A stretch of DNA of 23,145 bases from Octopus sinensis (GCF_006345805.1 NW_021836661.1:1-23145), one strand, 5' to 3'; positions 1-11,329 are shown, counted from the stretch's first letter. Numbers and translations: made by a program. Notes: a model not told the origin generated them from the letters alone.

Positions 1-93
1 CCGTATATGTGAATACAGATACATGCACGTATATGTATATGCATGTGTGCGTATGCATGTGTGTGTGTGTGTACGTGTGGTGTGTGTCTTTCC

Positions 94-153
94 GTTAGTG
101 GTGTTCCAGTATGACCGGAGCCGCATGTCTAAAACGAATAAAGGAATAAAATA
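94..153 (+). mobile_element. 3' tail fragment of family-B SINE
   Basis: gtggtgttccagtatgaccggagccgcatgtctaaaacgaataaaggaat aligns with the 3' end of the + strand family-B copy (21510-21559, gcgatgttccagcatggccgcagtcaaatggctgaagcaagtaaagagt). Confidence 0.6.
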
Positions 154-177
154 ATACATACATGTATCGCACACACA

Positions 178-180
<3 letters not shown>

Positions 181-214
<34 letters not shown>

Positions 215-597
215 TTTATATAACCCCTATGTTTTTCATATATATATATATATATTATATATATATATATAATTATATAATCATACACACATATATATCT
301 ATATGTCATACACCATAAAAACGTATATTCCTACGCCATAGTTTAGTGTGTGATATGTTTGGTGTATGCGTGTGTTTTTCATGTGTTTTTCATTTATATA
401 TATGTATATATATAACACACACATATATATATATGTGCATACAACCATAAAAACGTATATTCCTACCCATAGTTATGTGTGTATATATATGTGCGTGTGT
501 GTGTGTGTGTGTATGCGCCTCTGTGTGTGTGTGTGTGTGCCTGTGTGCGTCTGTGTGTTTGTGTGTGTGTGCCTTTGTATGTGTGTGTGTGTGTGTG
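181..597. repeat. (TA)n/(TG)n microsatellite region containing a diverged direct duplication
   Basis: TA runs at 181-300 and TG runs at ~490-597. The block cataca(a)ccataaaaacgtatattcctac..catagtt occurs at ~308-343 and ~438-474. Confidence 0.9.
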
Positions 598-1047
598 TAC
601 TTATTCATACGCACACATTTCATATATAATACACAGGTCATAAACCTGAATAAACTGATAGATATTAAGATCATGTTTTATCAGCTAATTAATGATGTAG
701 ACGATAACGAAAGAAAACATTACAAAATACAAACAAAAGAAATTCTCTCCGACCATTTCCAAAAGTACACATTTCAGTCTTCATTCCAGTTCCTATTTTG
801 TAAGATAACTCTTTACTTCTAAATTGAGTGGTAAAGTTAATGTGAATGATTCGTCCGGGCTAAAATCACCATCCGTCACTTTAGTTGCCTGTATCACCAT
901 CCATAAATTTGAAAGCGTTTTGTTAAGGGTATTTCTACAGATAGTCTATAGAGATTATAATCAACAGTGGTTTTTGCTACAACGTTTCGAATCGAGATGT
1001 CAGATGTAAACACACAGTGTGATCGAGGAAAAATGTGGGTAACGAGA

Positions 1048-1160
1048 GTTGTTTGTTCCTTCTCGAGCCACGCCTGGCTCATAGGGTCGGTTTCCCGGTT
1101 TCCTCGGCGTATAGGTTCCCCATATATACATATATATGATGAGATGCCGTAGCAGGCTTC
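1048..1160 (-). mobile_element. 3' end of a third short retroposon family with a CAA-type tail
   Basis: The minus strand reads gaaaccgggaaaccgaccctatgagccaggcgtggctcgagaaggaacaaacaac. The terminal 24 bp recur at ~15437-15459 (ttgtttgttccttcttgagccatg). The family assignment is from memory only. Confidence 0.5.
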
Positions 1161-1293
1161 AGCCCCGATATCCGAAACTCTGAGTTTTATTATGACAACT
1201 AAATGATTGTTCTATATTATATTTATAGATAAGTTCCTCTATTTACATTATATCGAGGTATCATTCATTCTTTTTCTTTGTATATTACTATTA

Positions 1294-1297
<4 letters not shown>

Positions 1298-1365
<68 letters not shown>
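1298..1365. repeat. perfect (TA)n microsatellite
   Basis: Uninterrupted TA run, seen directly. Confidence 0.98.
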
Positions 1366-1369
<4 letters not shown>

Positions 1370-1558
1370 GAGAGTTTACGAAAAAAAAAACAAAAGACGA
1401 AGACAGGTGGTGTACAAAACAAACAGATGTATTAGTATAACGCTCAGGAATAGAAAATGTCTTTTCCTTTCGAGCCTACGCTCTTCTACAGAAAGGGACA
1501 CAGAAAAAACAAGGAGAGAAAAATGTGTGTAGTGGCTAACGATCTATCATGGCGACTA
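1366..1558 (-). mobile_element. Penelope-like element terminal relic with a degenerate hammerhead-like core (1459-1499)
   Basis: The minus strand reads GUCCCUUU-CUGUAGA-A-GAGC-GUAG-GCUC-GAAA-GG-AAAAGAC, matching the minimal type I hammerhead layout known from Penelope-like elements. No ORF. Confidence 0.45.
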
Positions 1559-1564
1559 TATATA

Positions 1565-1834
1565 TTACATGCTTCATTCGCTTGATTGCCGCCGTGCTAG
1601 GGCACCGCATTGAAGAATGGTTAGTTGAAGGAATCCAAATTTGGGGTTTTTCTTTGAGAGCTTAATACTTATACTATAGGCCTCTTATATATGACAGGAT
1701 TCGTTAGGTTTCCGTCTACCAATTCCATTCACAAGGTTTTGGCTGACTCGCTACTGTAGTAGAAGTCACATTGCAAGGTGCCACTTAGTGAGGCTGAACC
1801 CGGGGACGTGTAGTTGGGGAACGAATTTGTTGAC

Positions 1835-1838
<4 letters not shown>
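1565..1838 (-). mobile_element. old, internally deleted family-B SINE
   Basis: Matches the 7531-7926 copy in blocks (gccgtgctagggcaccgc, gtttccgtctaccaattccattcacaagg, caaggtgccac, ctgaacccgg) with heavy divergence. Confidence 0.75.

Positions 1839-1873
<35 letters not shown>
1839..1873. repeat. (CA)n microsatellite
   Basis: Seen directly. Confidence 0.97.
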
Positions 1874-1877
<4 letters not shown>

Positions 1878-2339
1878 ATGTGGGTGGAATGGGATTCATA
1901 GAGAGTAAAAAATAAAAACATGTATAAAATGATAAATACCGAGAAACCTACACGTTATATTTTAGCAATATGTGTATAAAAGATGTTTAACGTAGGTGTT
2001 TCGTATGGAAGGCCACGAAAATATTGTATAAGAGTGCAAAATGCTAATTACATTTCCTGTAAATTACTTTTTGATTCCGTACACGACCGACTGTTTTTAT
2101 TTTTATTTAATTTTTTTTATGATGCTATGGCGTTCACTTTATAATTTCTTTTCATTATTTAAATTAGCATTTATGGATAGAGGTCATTTGCATTGTTGAA
2201 GATAAAACTAATCTAATGCATAATTCATTCCTGATCTGGTCAGCGTTTGACCTGTCGTATTAAACTGTAACACCATCTGTAGTCGTACGAAAAAATGATG
2301 TACGCTGTCAACTCCCGAGCAGAAAATCGCACTTCCTAA

Positions 2340-2990
2340 CGTTAGTTTTTATTTTAACAGTCCTACGACAGTTGCTAATCGATTGTGTACCATATGGCTG
2401 CTGGTGTAAGAATACAATATATATTATGAATAGCACTAATGAATCGTATGTGAACGGATTTGACAATCTGTTGATATTGCACGCCCACAGTTCTCTATTT
2501 CTGCTCGTAAATAGATTTAGTAGTTGTCCGCAATGAGCTTGCGCCGGAAGAAATCAAACTGTTGTTAGAAAATTGCTAGGAGCCGCCGGAGAAAGAATAT
2601 ATTACATAGGGCTCAAGAAAGAGAGACGTTGAGAGAGCAGGTAACAAGTCGTGCATTTGGGGACGACAGAAACATCTGGCTCAGAGTCACATCATCTGAC
2701 TCAATAAAGCTCGCAGTGTAACGCCGTGGTTTTGTCTTGTACCTTGTTAGGTGGCCTTGGGTAGCTGTGGTGACGCAGTGGGAGAGATCGAAACACGAAC
2801 CACCAACAGATCTGCTACACCGTTTCATGAGGCATTGATTCTAGCATTCGGAGAGAGAGTACAACATCACCTCTTCAGCGCGGAAACGTTTGCCCTAAAT
2901 GTATCCCATTCAGTCAGATTGCAATTATTACTTGATAATAATTACCTGCACTTAATATTCACGATGTACGTCCAGACTATTTCGAATCGA
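2340..2990 (+). mobile_element. highly degraded RTE-clade (BovB-like) LINE, reverse transcriptase C-terminal region
   Basis: With stops and frameshifts, RTE-like motifs appear in the correct order: TVLRQLLIDC (~VIRELLFADDC), CER.(F)GLTI (~CKRFGLTI), KEYIT*GS (~KFTYLGS), TSRAFG (~ASRAFG), IKLAV*..AVVLS.TLL (~TKLAVYRAVVLSTLLYG), HQQ.C...*GI...RRESTTS.LQRGNV.P (~HQRCLRSILGI..DRVSTTEVLQRANVP). Confidence 0.72.
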
Positions 2991-5453
2991 TGAGGTTATT
3001 AATATTATAGCTGAGTGTCTGTGAAAACATTATTTATCCTTGTTCAATATTTAGAAAAAAGGTAGCATTGATGTGAAACAGTTCTCGATTTATCTTTCGG
3101 TGATTTTACAGCAACAGCTCAATGCAGCAACAAATCGTATCTCGTTGAAGATCAGATCATTTGATTTTATATCATTTTATTTCATTTTATGTTTCATACG
3201 CTATAAACATAATTTGTGCTTCACATGTTTAACACACAGTACGCTGATGTAAGCTGTTGTTAGCTTATAGCGGTTGTGTCTTCTGATAAGATTGAGTACC
3301 TGCGCTGGAACCGCATATTTTGCGATATATCTCCCAGAGTTATTTGTTTGCACACCATATAGATATGTTTGTACCACAATTGTGTTATCTCTCAACAACT
3401 TTATTTATGCATATGCTTAGGTGTAGTGAAGATCTATGTATCTTGTACCGTATTTTCTTTATTTGAATGAATCATATTTGTATAGTTAAGCATGATGTTT
3501 AGTTATAGTTAATGTTCTCTGCAGTTACTGATAAGAAAGCCAATAAATGGGGCAGGCGCTGCTTTAAGGCTTGCTCAATCTGTAAAATATGGAAACAAAC
3601 AGTTCTCAAATGTCTCATCAATGTTTAAAAAAGCGACTAAACATTGCTGATAACGAGCAATTTCTCTTAGAATGTTAGCAAAATGTGTTGCGGGTAAAAC
3701 ACCTTCGCTCGCTTCCCTTATCTGGAGGAAAATAAACTAAATATTTTCCTTTAGGCAAAATAAAAATTTATCATTTTGCAGCAAACGTCATAACTATAAA
3801 AAAAACAAAAGATTTTCATTATCACAAACGATATGAGAAATTCGTAAATCCAGTAATACGTGGTAACCGGATTAGATTTTCTTAACATGATACAGCCAAA
3901 CATGGATGATCAGTAGATGAAAAGAGAGCGCATGTAAAGAAACAAGGTTTAAATTGTAACTTGTAAGCAAACTATTTATCAGCAGAGCCCACAAAAAAGT
4001 GTGTAGTAAGGCAATTTGTTGATAAAGAATGAAAACTGAAGAAAGAGTTTATCAAAAATACTTTACCCAAAGCAGATCTTCAAATGTAGAAGAAACGTTA
4101 TAAACCAAATCACGAATGGCGAAATTATGGCTTCAATAAGCGTAGGTAATCGATTTACCGAAAGAGTAAACAAACCATCGAATAATTGATTGTTTCAATG
4201 TTAATGAAGAGAGGAATAATCATAAAAGAAGTGAAACAGAACCAGTGCGTGTCGTATTCTTAGGAAAATGACTCTCCCGAGATATTAAAAAATATCTGTT
4301 CACATTCTCTGAAAAGATCAATAAGTTTGAATTGAAGGTTTTAACGGATCGCATCATCGTTTATTTTATTGAATTCAAAGAATTAATGAATGGCAATTTA
4401 AACAGCGATGGTCTTTGAAGTGAGAATGCAAATGTGCAATGGTTCTACAGATTAATGGATTCTGTTTTAAAGAGTACTCTATCATTGTTTCAACTACTTT
4501 GAAACCGAATTTAATACCAATGGTTCCCTATATTTTACTATATAAATATTCGAAAATTATTGCTAAAGATGATATGTCATAGTACGTTTATCACATTGCA
4601 TATCATACAATTTAGATAACTATATCAAGATATAATAAAAATTTTATGCATTCAATATTTTCTTCATGATTCCGACATTTTGAAATACTAATAAAAAGTT
4701 GGCGTAGATTAAATTCTCGTAAAACACTAAAAATTTGGAAAAAAAAAACAACAAAAAAACAAACCGAAACACCGTAATTCCGATTAGAAAAATGAATGCA
4801 TCAAATGAAACTGAATGGAATAAAATCTAAATTATCTTTATGTTAACAGCTATCATTATAACTTTATAACTTTAAAACAATCCACATCATCACAAATTAC
4901 AGAAACCGAGCGTTATTCATTACAAAAGGAATTAAAAAAAAGATTCTAGACATATCGTAAACACTAAGGTATGTAATCTGGTCTGTTTAAATTCTTTACA
5001 ATGTTGTTAAACTAATTAACTCCGGATATATTTTGTAATATGAAATCTTTTATTCGATATTTTATATTTTTTTCCAAAATTAACTTAAAATGGCGGAATG
5101 TAAATTATTAAAATTTGGAATCTATGTTAAATATTACAATAGAAAATTAATTATACCTTGCGGAGACATTGACAAAGTAATGCACTGTATGACGAGGTTA
5201 ATATCTTGGACGCAAAATAGAAGTAAATATTACAGCATATTAGATTAATATTCGAAATGTCTACCAAATAAAATATATAAAATGTATGAACGATATAACC
5301 GTTCGTTGGAAACATATGTGTACAACTGCGCTCGAAATTACAAGTGCGCAACTCCATCTATATATAGATAAATATACACACGCAGGCATACATACTTATA
5401 CGTATGTGTATATATATATGTGTGTATGTGTATGTCTATGCATGTATATATGC

Positions 5454-5454
<1 letters not shown>

Positions 5455-5500
<46 letters not shown>
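5455..5500. repeat. (TA)n microsatellite
   Basis: Seen directly. Confidence 0.97.
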
Positions 5501-5502
<2 letters not shown>

Positions 5503-5833
5503 TGTATACAATAAGGCTACATCCGGTAGTGAGGCACCACTACGGGGTCTCGAGAATTGTGGGAAGCTTGCCGTCAGTACATACTTATGATTTCCAGTAC
5601 TATTTTGACCTGGACCGGTGGGACGTGTGAGAGTCCTGTTTATGGCTTAGACTTCCTTGGATAACTGAAGTTCCTGGCTTTTTTGTGTGCATGAATGTGG
5701 AAAAAGCATCTCCTCTAGAAGAAGGAAATTCTGATATAATACAAGCAGTGAAAATAATTCAAGCTTGTCGCTGGAACTACAATTGCAACTGAGCGATTAG
5801 CCAAAGTTTTCTACAGGCTTTTGTCACTTAAAT

Positions 5834-6066
5834 CCTATATCTTTACTACCCACTTGAGACTAAACACAGAGAGGACAAATAAGGACAAACAAAGGGATTA
5901 AGTCGATTATATCGACCCCAGTGCGTAAGTGGTACTTAATTTATCGACCCGGAAAGGATGAAAGGCGAAATCGACTTCGGCGAAATTTGAACCCAGAAAG
6001 TAACGGCAGACGAAATGCCGCTAAGCATTTCGCCCGGCTTGCTAACTATTCTGCTAGCTCGCCGCC
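5834..6066 (-). mobile_element. full-length family-A tRNA-derived SINE
   Basis: The minus strand starts ggcggcgagctagcagaatagttagc (A-box region) and has a B-box-like gggttcaaatt. A central block gtcgatttcgcctttcatcctttccgggtcgataaattaagtacc resembles the Deu/Nin SINE domain. Collinear with 14371-14603. Confidence 0.92.
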
Positions 6067-6099
6067 AAATCCGATGATGTAAAAATGTCTCGTTATTAT

Positions 6100-6540
6100 T
6101 TCTGATTTGATAGCAAAAGGTTGCTGGACTAGTTATGTTTTATTAAAAAATAACTTATGTACTTACGGTTTAACATTATCTCTTTCGAAATAGTCACTTT
6201 GAGCAAATATACACTCGTCCCAGCGATCTTGCCACATTTGGAATCTGGTATGGAAGTCGCTTACTGTAAGCAAGACGAGGACCCTGTGCGATTCGCTCCG
6301 GATCCAGGCAACAGCCTTAAAACGACGCCTTTTGAGCTGAAGTTTTATCTTGGAGAAGTGATGGAGCTCTGCTTGTGCTAAATCTAATGAATATGGTGGG
6401 TGCGAGAACGACAGCATGGTGTTTTGGCGAGACAGTCACGAGTGAGAAGAATTTGGTGACAGGATTTACTGCCGTCATGAAAAATCCAGTACTCCGCGCT
6501 ATAAAAATCTGGTTGCTTTCATAAATAATTACCACCTGAG
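6100..6540 (-). mobile_element. mariner (DD34D) transposase C-terminal pseudogene fragment with degenerate terminal inverted repeat
   Basis: The minus strand encodes KQPDFYSAEYWIFHDGSKSCHQILLTRDCLAK, a frameshift, then TMLSFSHPPYSLDLAQAELHHFSKIKLQLKRRRF...WQDRWDECIFAQSDYFERD. This matches the mariner motifs W.LHDDNAPCH, HPPYSPDLAP.DF and W..RW..CI...GDYFE. A TIR-like stretch lies at ~6101-6133. Confidence 0.93.
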
Positions 6541-7138
6541 CATTGTGGTCGATTTAACCCCAATTCTTCAGGCTTTGTCGCTTGTATTACTGAGGGTTCT
6601 TGTAAGCGTGTATTATAAATCATGTGTTATGTACTGCAAAAGATATTAATTCATTTTACAAAATATAATGCAAATTTACTGTTATATGGTACTAGAGAAT
6701 AATTCATGTTAGAGAAATTGATGTATTCTACTTAATGGCGCATGTAAAAGAGCTCATTTTCGTTTCTCCTGAAATATATTTTATTTAATAAGCTACAAGA
6801 AAGTATTTGCCTATTATTACGCGGTTCGATCCATCGAAATGCGAAGCTCCATGGCGCTGGTAATTAGAAAAATAGAATTTATTCTTCTTGATCGTACAGC
6901 AGATGGTATACTATTAATCTTATCTGCCCACTCTTCCGGATGTATTCTCTTCTAAATCATTTCCTGAGTAACCGAGTTTCTTTTATAAAATTTCAAGAAA
7001 ATTTTGAATATTCATAATATAAGTAATTAGTTTTATGATACTGATTTGAACAACAATTAATTATTTTGTAAATTGTTGAAAAAAATGGCTTCAGCATAAT
7101 TATACATGTCTGTGTAAAATTTAAAGACTCTGTGTAGA

Positions 7139-7247
7139 TGTATGTATGTATGTATGTATGTATGTTTGAATGTATGCATTTATGTATGGATGGATGTGTA
7201 TGTATGTATATATGTATGTATGTATATATGTATGTATGTATGTATGT
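7139..7247. repeat. (TATG)n imperfect microsatellite
   Basis: Seen directly. Confidence 0.93.
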
Positions 7248-7530
7248 TCTCTTTCTCTTTTTTAATTTAGAGTAAATTTTGAGCGGCTTCCGATGTGATA
7301 ACAAGATTGTGAAGCAAAGCACATTGCTTTAACCATCACCCTGTAAATCTTAAGAAAGCCATGAACATCTTTATAGTTTCAGATAGATACTGTGATCATA
7401 TGTAGTGAATCAGTGTTGTCTGTTCCTGTTCGTTATTTGTCGACTTCTTGTGCGTAGAGAAAAACGTTCTCATATTGTATGTATTAGTCTTCCATGTTTT
7501 ACTTCCATGTACATTCCAAATGTAATTACT

Positions 7531-7926
7531 CTTACTCTTTTACTTGTTTCAGTCATTTGACTGCGGCCATGCTGGAGCACTGCCTTTAATCGAGCAATTC
7601 GACCCCCGGGACTTATTCTTTGTAATCCCAGTACTTATTCTATCGGTCTCTTTTTGCCGAACCGCTAAGTGACGGGGACATAAACACACCAGCATCGGTT
7701 GTCAAGCGATATTGGGGGGACAAACACAGACACACAAACATACACACACATACATATATATGTATACATATATCCGACAGGCTTCTTTCAGTTTCCGTCA
7801 ACCAAATCCACTCAAAAGGCATTGGTCGGCCCCAGGCTACAGCAGACAATTGCCCGAGATACCACGCAGTGGGACTGAACCCGGAACCATGTGGTTGGTA
7901 AGCAAGCTACTTACCACACAGCCACT
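7531..7926 (-). mobile_element. full-length family-B tRNA-derived SINE with an internal microsatellite
   Basis: The minus-strand head agtggctgtgtggtaagtagc...ccgggttcagtcccactgcgtgg carries A/B boxes, then a CORE-like cttgggcaa motif, an internal TA/TG tract and the tail gaaacaagtaaaagagtaagag. Collinear with 19332-19742 and 21128-21559. Confidence 0.93.
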
Positions 7927-8147
7927 CCTGCTGTTGTTGTTTTATTAAAGTTATCTATGTGCACCAGGCCACGACCTCATTCTGAGCGACTTAGGTATAT
8001 ATTCTATCTATGTCTGCTTTGGGGGTTGATGACTTCGGTACGCTGTTAATAGGTTTCTAGTTTTTCTATCTAGCTTTCTCAATCCATTGATCTGCCAGTT
8101 TATTCTGTTGAAACTAATTTATGACTGGTATGGGTAGCGTATTTATC

Positions 8148-8149
<2 letters not shown>
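7927..8149 (-). mobile_element. R4/Dong-like non-LTR retrotransposon, internal post-RT fragment
   Basis: With frameshifts, the minus strand gives INTLPIPVIN..FNRINWQINGLRKLDRKTRNLLTAYRSHQP-KADIDRIY.P-RSE*GRGLVHIDNFNKTTTAG. This matches the R4/Dong pattern AINT.A.PV..YSF....W....L..LDRKTRKLLT....HHPKADVDRLYLPR..GGRGL. Confidence 0.85.
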
Positions 8150-8213
<64 letters not shown>

Positions 8214-8257
8214 GTTGTTGTTGTTATCACTGTTGCTGTTGTTGTTGCTGCTGCTAC
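8150..8257. repeat. (ATT)n grading into (GTT)n/(GCT)n; tail of the adjacent retroelement
   Basis: Seen directly. Confidence 0.95.
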
Positions 8258-8582
8258 TGTTGTCTCATGAAAACTCTCGCTATATTTTTACTGGATATGA
8301 TAAGATTCAGCTGCCCAGAGCCAGCAGATTGAGTCGACACGTATTCACTGATCATGTTACAAGATGCCTGCAGAGAATTTCTCGCAATTTTAAGTGATGC
8401 TGATATTTGCAAGAGTTCTACCATTGCATTTGTTCCAATCTTTTTTTCTGTCACGTTGGGTATTGGACACTTGCACTTTCAAACGCGCCAATCTCTATTG
8501 GCATCACGCACACTCTCTTCATTGCCCACAAACAGCGTGTTATCCACTTCAATTCATCGTAGTTATTTACTTTACCTCTCCT
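8258..8582 (-). mobile_element. R4/Dong-like LINE, restriction-like endonuclease C-terminus plus 3' UTR (5'-truncated)
   Basis: The minus strand gives RGKVNNYDELKWITRCLWAMKRVCVMPIEIGAFESAS, a frameshift, then KKIGTNAMVELLQISASLKIARNSL. This matches K..KY.DL..EI.RLW.M..V.V.P.VIGALG...LQK.A.LGTARIL. It is followed by an (AAT)n-type tail. Confidence 0.8.
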
Positions 8583-8673
8583 AACACACTATTATTATCA
8601 TTATTTATTATTATTATCATTATTATTATCATTATTATTATTATCATTATTTATTATTATTATCATTATTATT

Positions 8674-8734
8674 ACTTTCTTTTTTTTCTTCTTTCAATTT
8701 TCTTCCATTTCTTGCCGAGTGTCTTCCCGACTCT
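8674..8734 (-). mobile_element. ~60-bp retroelement 3' end with an (AAT)n tail (tail 8590-8673), possibly another Dong-like family
   Basis: A unique island gagtcgggaagacactcggcaagaaatggaagaaaattgaaag...aagt lies between two ATT tracts, in the same orientation as its neighbours. The family assignment is from recollection only. Confidence 0.5.
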
Positions 8735-8789
8735 ATTATCATTATTATTATTATCATTATTATTATTATTATCATTATTATTATTATAA

Positions 8790-8825
<36 letters not shown>

Positions 8826-8920
8826 GTTATTGTTATTATTATTATTATTATTATTGTTATTGTTATTACTATTATTATTATTATCATCATTATTATTTTT
8901 TTTATTATTATTATTATTAT
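8735..8920. repeat. (ATT)n imperfect microsatellite
   Basis: Seen directly. Confidence 0.97.
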
Positions 8921-9465
8921 TGAGTGAGAGAGCAGTGCATGCCATCAAAGTGACACTGGGGTAAAATATACAAAGCCCAATATACCCATCATGACTACCC
9001 GTCTGATAAAGATACACCAGGCACATGCATCACAACCATATGTGCGCGACATGGTGATCTCATATCAAGATAAACAGCACATGACCTTGCAGGTGGGGCC
9101 TAGTTAGAATTTTCTTCAGGTTGAGTAGCCATCCCGCTCAAACGGTCCCTGAATAAGGGTTGTTTAAGGATGTTGAAAGAACCACCCATGTTTCCAGAGG
9201 TGAACTATTCAAACCCCAAAGAATCCCTCTCAACACATGGCTATGATGCTCCCCCACTACTTCTGCTTCGTGATCAGAGATGCACATATCGTCAGCCACT
9301 AAGGGACATGCTCAACTGGTTAAGGTCAAACAACTGACAAGCAAATCTGTGGTATTGAGCAGAATATTTGCTGTAGCCCATCTTTTATACCAAGACAAAA
9401 CAATGTACATGATAACACTTCCAATCAGTTAAGATCAGAAGCCATGAGAGCCATTGCCTGGTACA
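8921..9465 (-). mobile_element. 545-bp non-coding interspersed element flanked by (ATT)n on both sides (probable retroposon 3' region)
   Basis: A second copy of its left 211 bp lies at 9723-9933 with the same left boundary (att-gagtgagagagcag). No ORF. The minus orientation is inferred from the shared boundary and the variable opposite end. Confidence 0.75.
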
Positions 9466-9722
<257 letters not shown>

Positions 9723-9933
9723 TGAGTGAGAGAGCAGTTCATGCCATCAAAGTGACACTGGGGTAATATATACGAAGCTCAATATACCCATCATGACTAC
9801 CCGTATGATAAGGGTACACCAGGCATATGCATCACAACCATATGTGCGCGACATGGTGATCTCATATCAAGATAAACAACACATGACCTTGCAGGAGGGG
9901 GCCCAGTTAGAAATTTCTTCAGGTTGAGTAGCC
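9723..9933 (-). mobile_element. truncated 211-bp copy of the 8921-9465 element
   Basis: About 13 differences over 211 bp by manual count (~94% identity). Flanked by ATT tracts on both sides. Confidence 0.8.
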
Positions 9934-10144
9934 TTATTATTATTATTATTAATATTATTATTATTATTATTATTATTGTTATTATATTATTATTATATAT
10001 TATTATTATATTTTCTCAACATTCATAAGTATATGCATGTAGTTAGTTATTTTTAGATACATGCATTTATACATGCATACATATATATACATTCATAATA
10101 CATATATATATATATTCATGCATACATACATATATATATAATAT

Positions 10145-10191
<47 letters not shown>

Positions 10192-10414
10192 GCATTGTTT
10201 ACGCTGTAGGTTGGGGCTTACATAAACATGTCGTAACAAATCAATCAATAAAGAGTATTTGTTAGAGCAAGAGTTTAGAATGCATATCACATATAATAAG
10301 ACTATAATTACATATATACCTACCTACATACATACATATATATAAGTGTACATATATATATATATATTATATATATATATACTGTATAAATGTATAGATA
10401 TATATATAAACACT

Positions 10415-10487
<73 letters not shown>

Positions 10488-11176
10488 ATTTATGTATGTA
10501 TGTTATACATATAAGATTTTATATACACGTGCAGATGAGGTTGAATATAATTTTTAGATTTTACAATTTCTTTACGTTTTCGTTAGGTGTGTTTGCGAAT
10601 ATGAACGTATACGTGCCATGTTTTAGGCGTCCTTTCGTTTAAGTTCTACTTGGCGTTAGTAATGTACCGAACATAACTGATCGACAAATTTGTTTACGTA
10701 TGAGACTTAATGGATGTTTATTTTTACATTTTCGAACAGATTCTTCTTTCTCCGTTTCTCTCTCCTATCAATACATACATATCTTGATAGATACCTAAAT
10801 ACATGCACACGTACATATCGGCATAAAGACAAATGAATATATATATATATATATATATTATATCTTTGTATATATCTATCTATATATTAATATATATGTG
10901 TACATACATACATATATACGTATATAAGTATACATATATAAACAGACATAATTATATATATATATAGAGAGAGAAATATATATATATATATATCGATATA
11001 TGCAGGGAATTATATGCGCATACATGCAAGTATATAAATACATTCATTCATTTGTAAATATATGTATATATATGCGTATATATTATATATTATATATATA
11101 TATATATATATGTATTTATATGCATATATATATATGTATATAGATATTTATATATATATATATGTATATATATATG

Positions 11177-11249
<73 letters not shown>

Positions 11250-11283
11250 GTTTGAGTCTGTACGTACATCAAGGACTCATACA

Positions 11284-11329
<46 letters not shown>

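Noticed and set aside
366-822. ORFs of 87-115 aa rich in C/V/Y/I or H/T
   Set aside because: Translations of (TG)n and (TA)n microsatellites. The same applies to the ORFs at 1207-1532, 8394-9026, 9444-9766, 11062-12308, 17068-17582 and 22344-22936.
1137-1190. ugauga...ccgaaac as a hammerhead
   Set aside because: No stem II pairing between the core halves, and the 5' part belongs to the adjacent retroposon fragment.
2361-2993. Spliced host gene, PLA2-like YGCWC motif, or Helitron-like ILHRAQ/EALIL match
   Set aside because: Splicing needs a frameshift or meets stops, the PLA2 HD and Cys pattern is missing, no helicase P-loop follows, and an ordered series of RTE RT motifs explains the region better.
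3201-3398. 65-aa minus-strand ORF with an internal cag|gtactc
   Set aside because: No convincing acceptor, non-ATG start and no recognisable motif.
4903-4968. Candidate exon with an AAG|gtatgt donor
   Set aside because: All frames are closed as given. It opens only if the A8 run is assumed to be a sequencing error.
3450-5150. Long AT-rich unique stretch as a possible decayed DNA transposon
   Set aside because: I found no terminal repeats, protein motifs or internal periodicity by eye.
5523-5545. Small hairpin gtagtg-aggcac-cactac
   Set aside because: A 6-8 bp stem is expected by chance, with no Helitron-type CTRR end or other context.
7860-7926. tRNA genes at SINE heads (also 16400-16465, 19680-19742, 21128-21185)
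   Set aside because: Only A/B-box-like remnants with no complete cloverleaf, each continuing into a SINE body.
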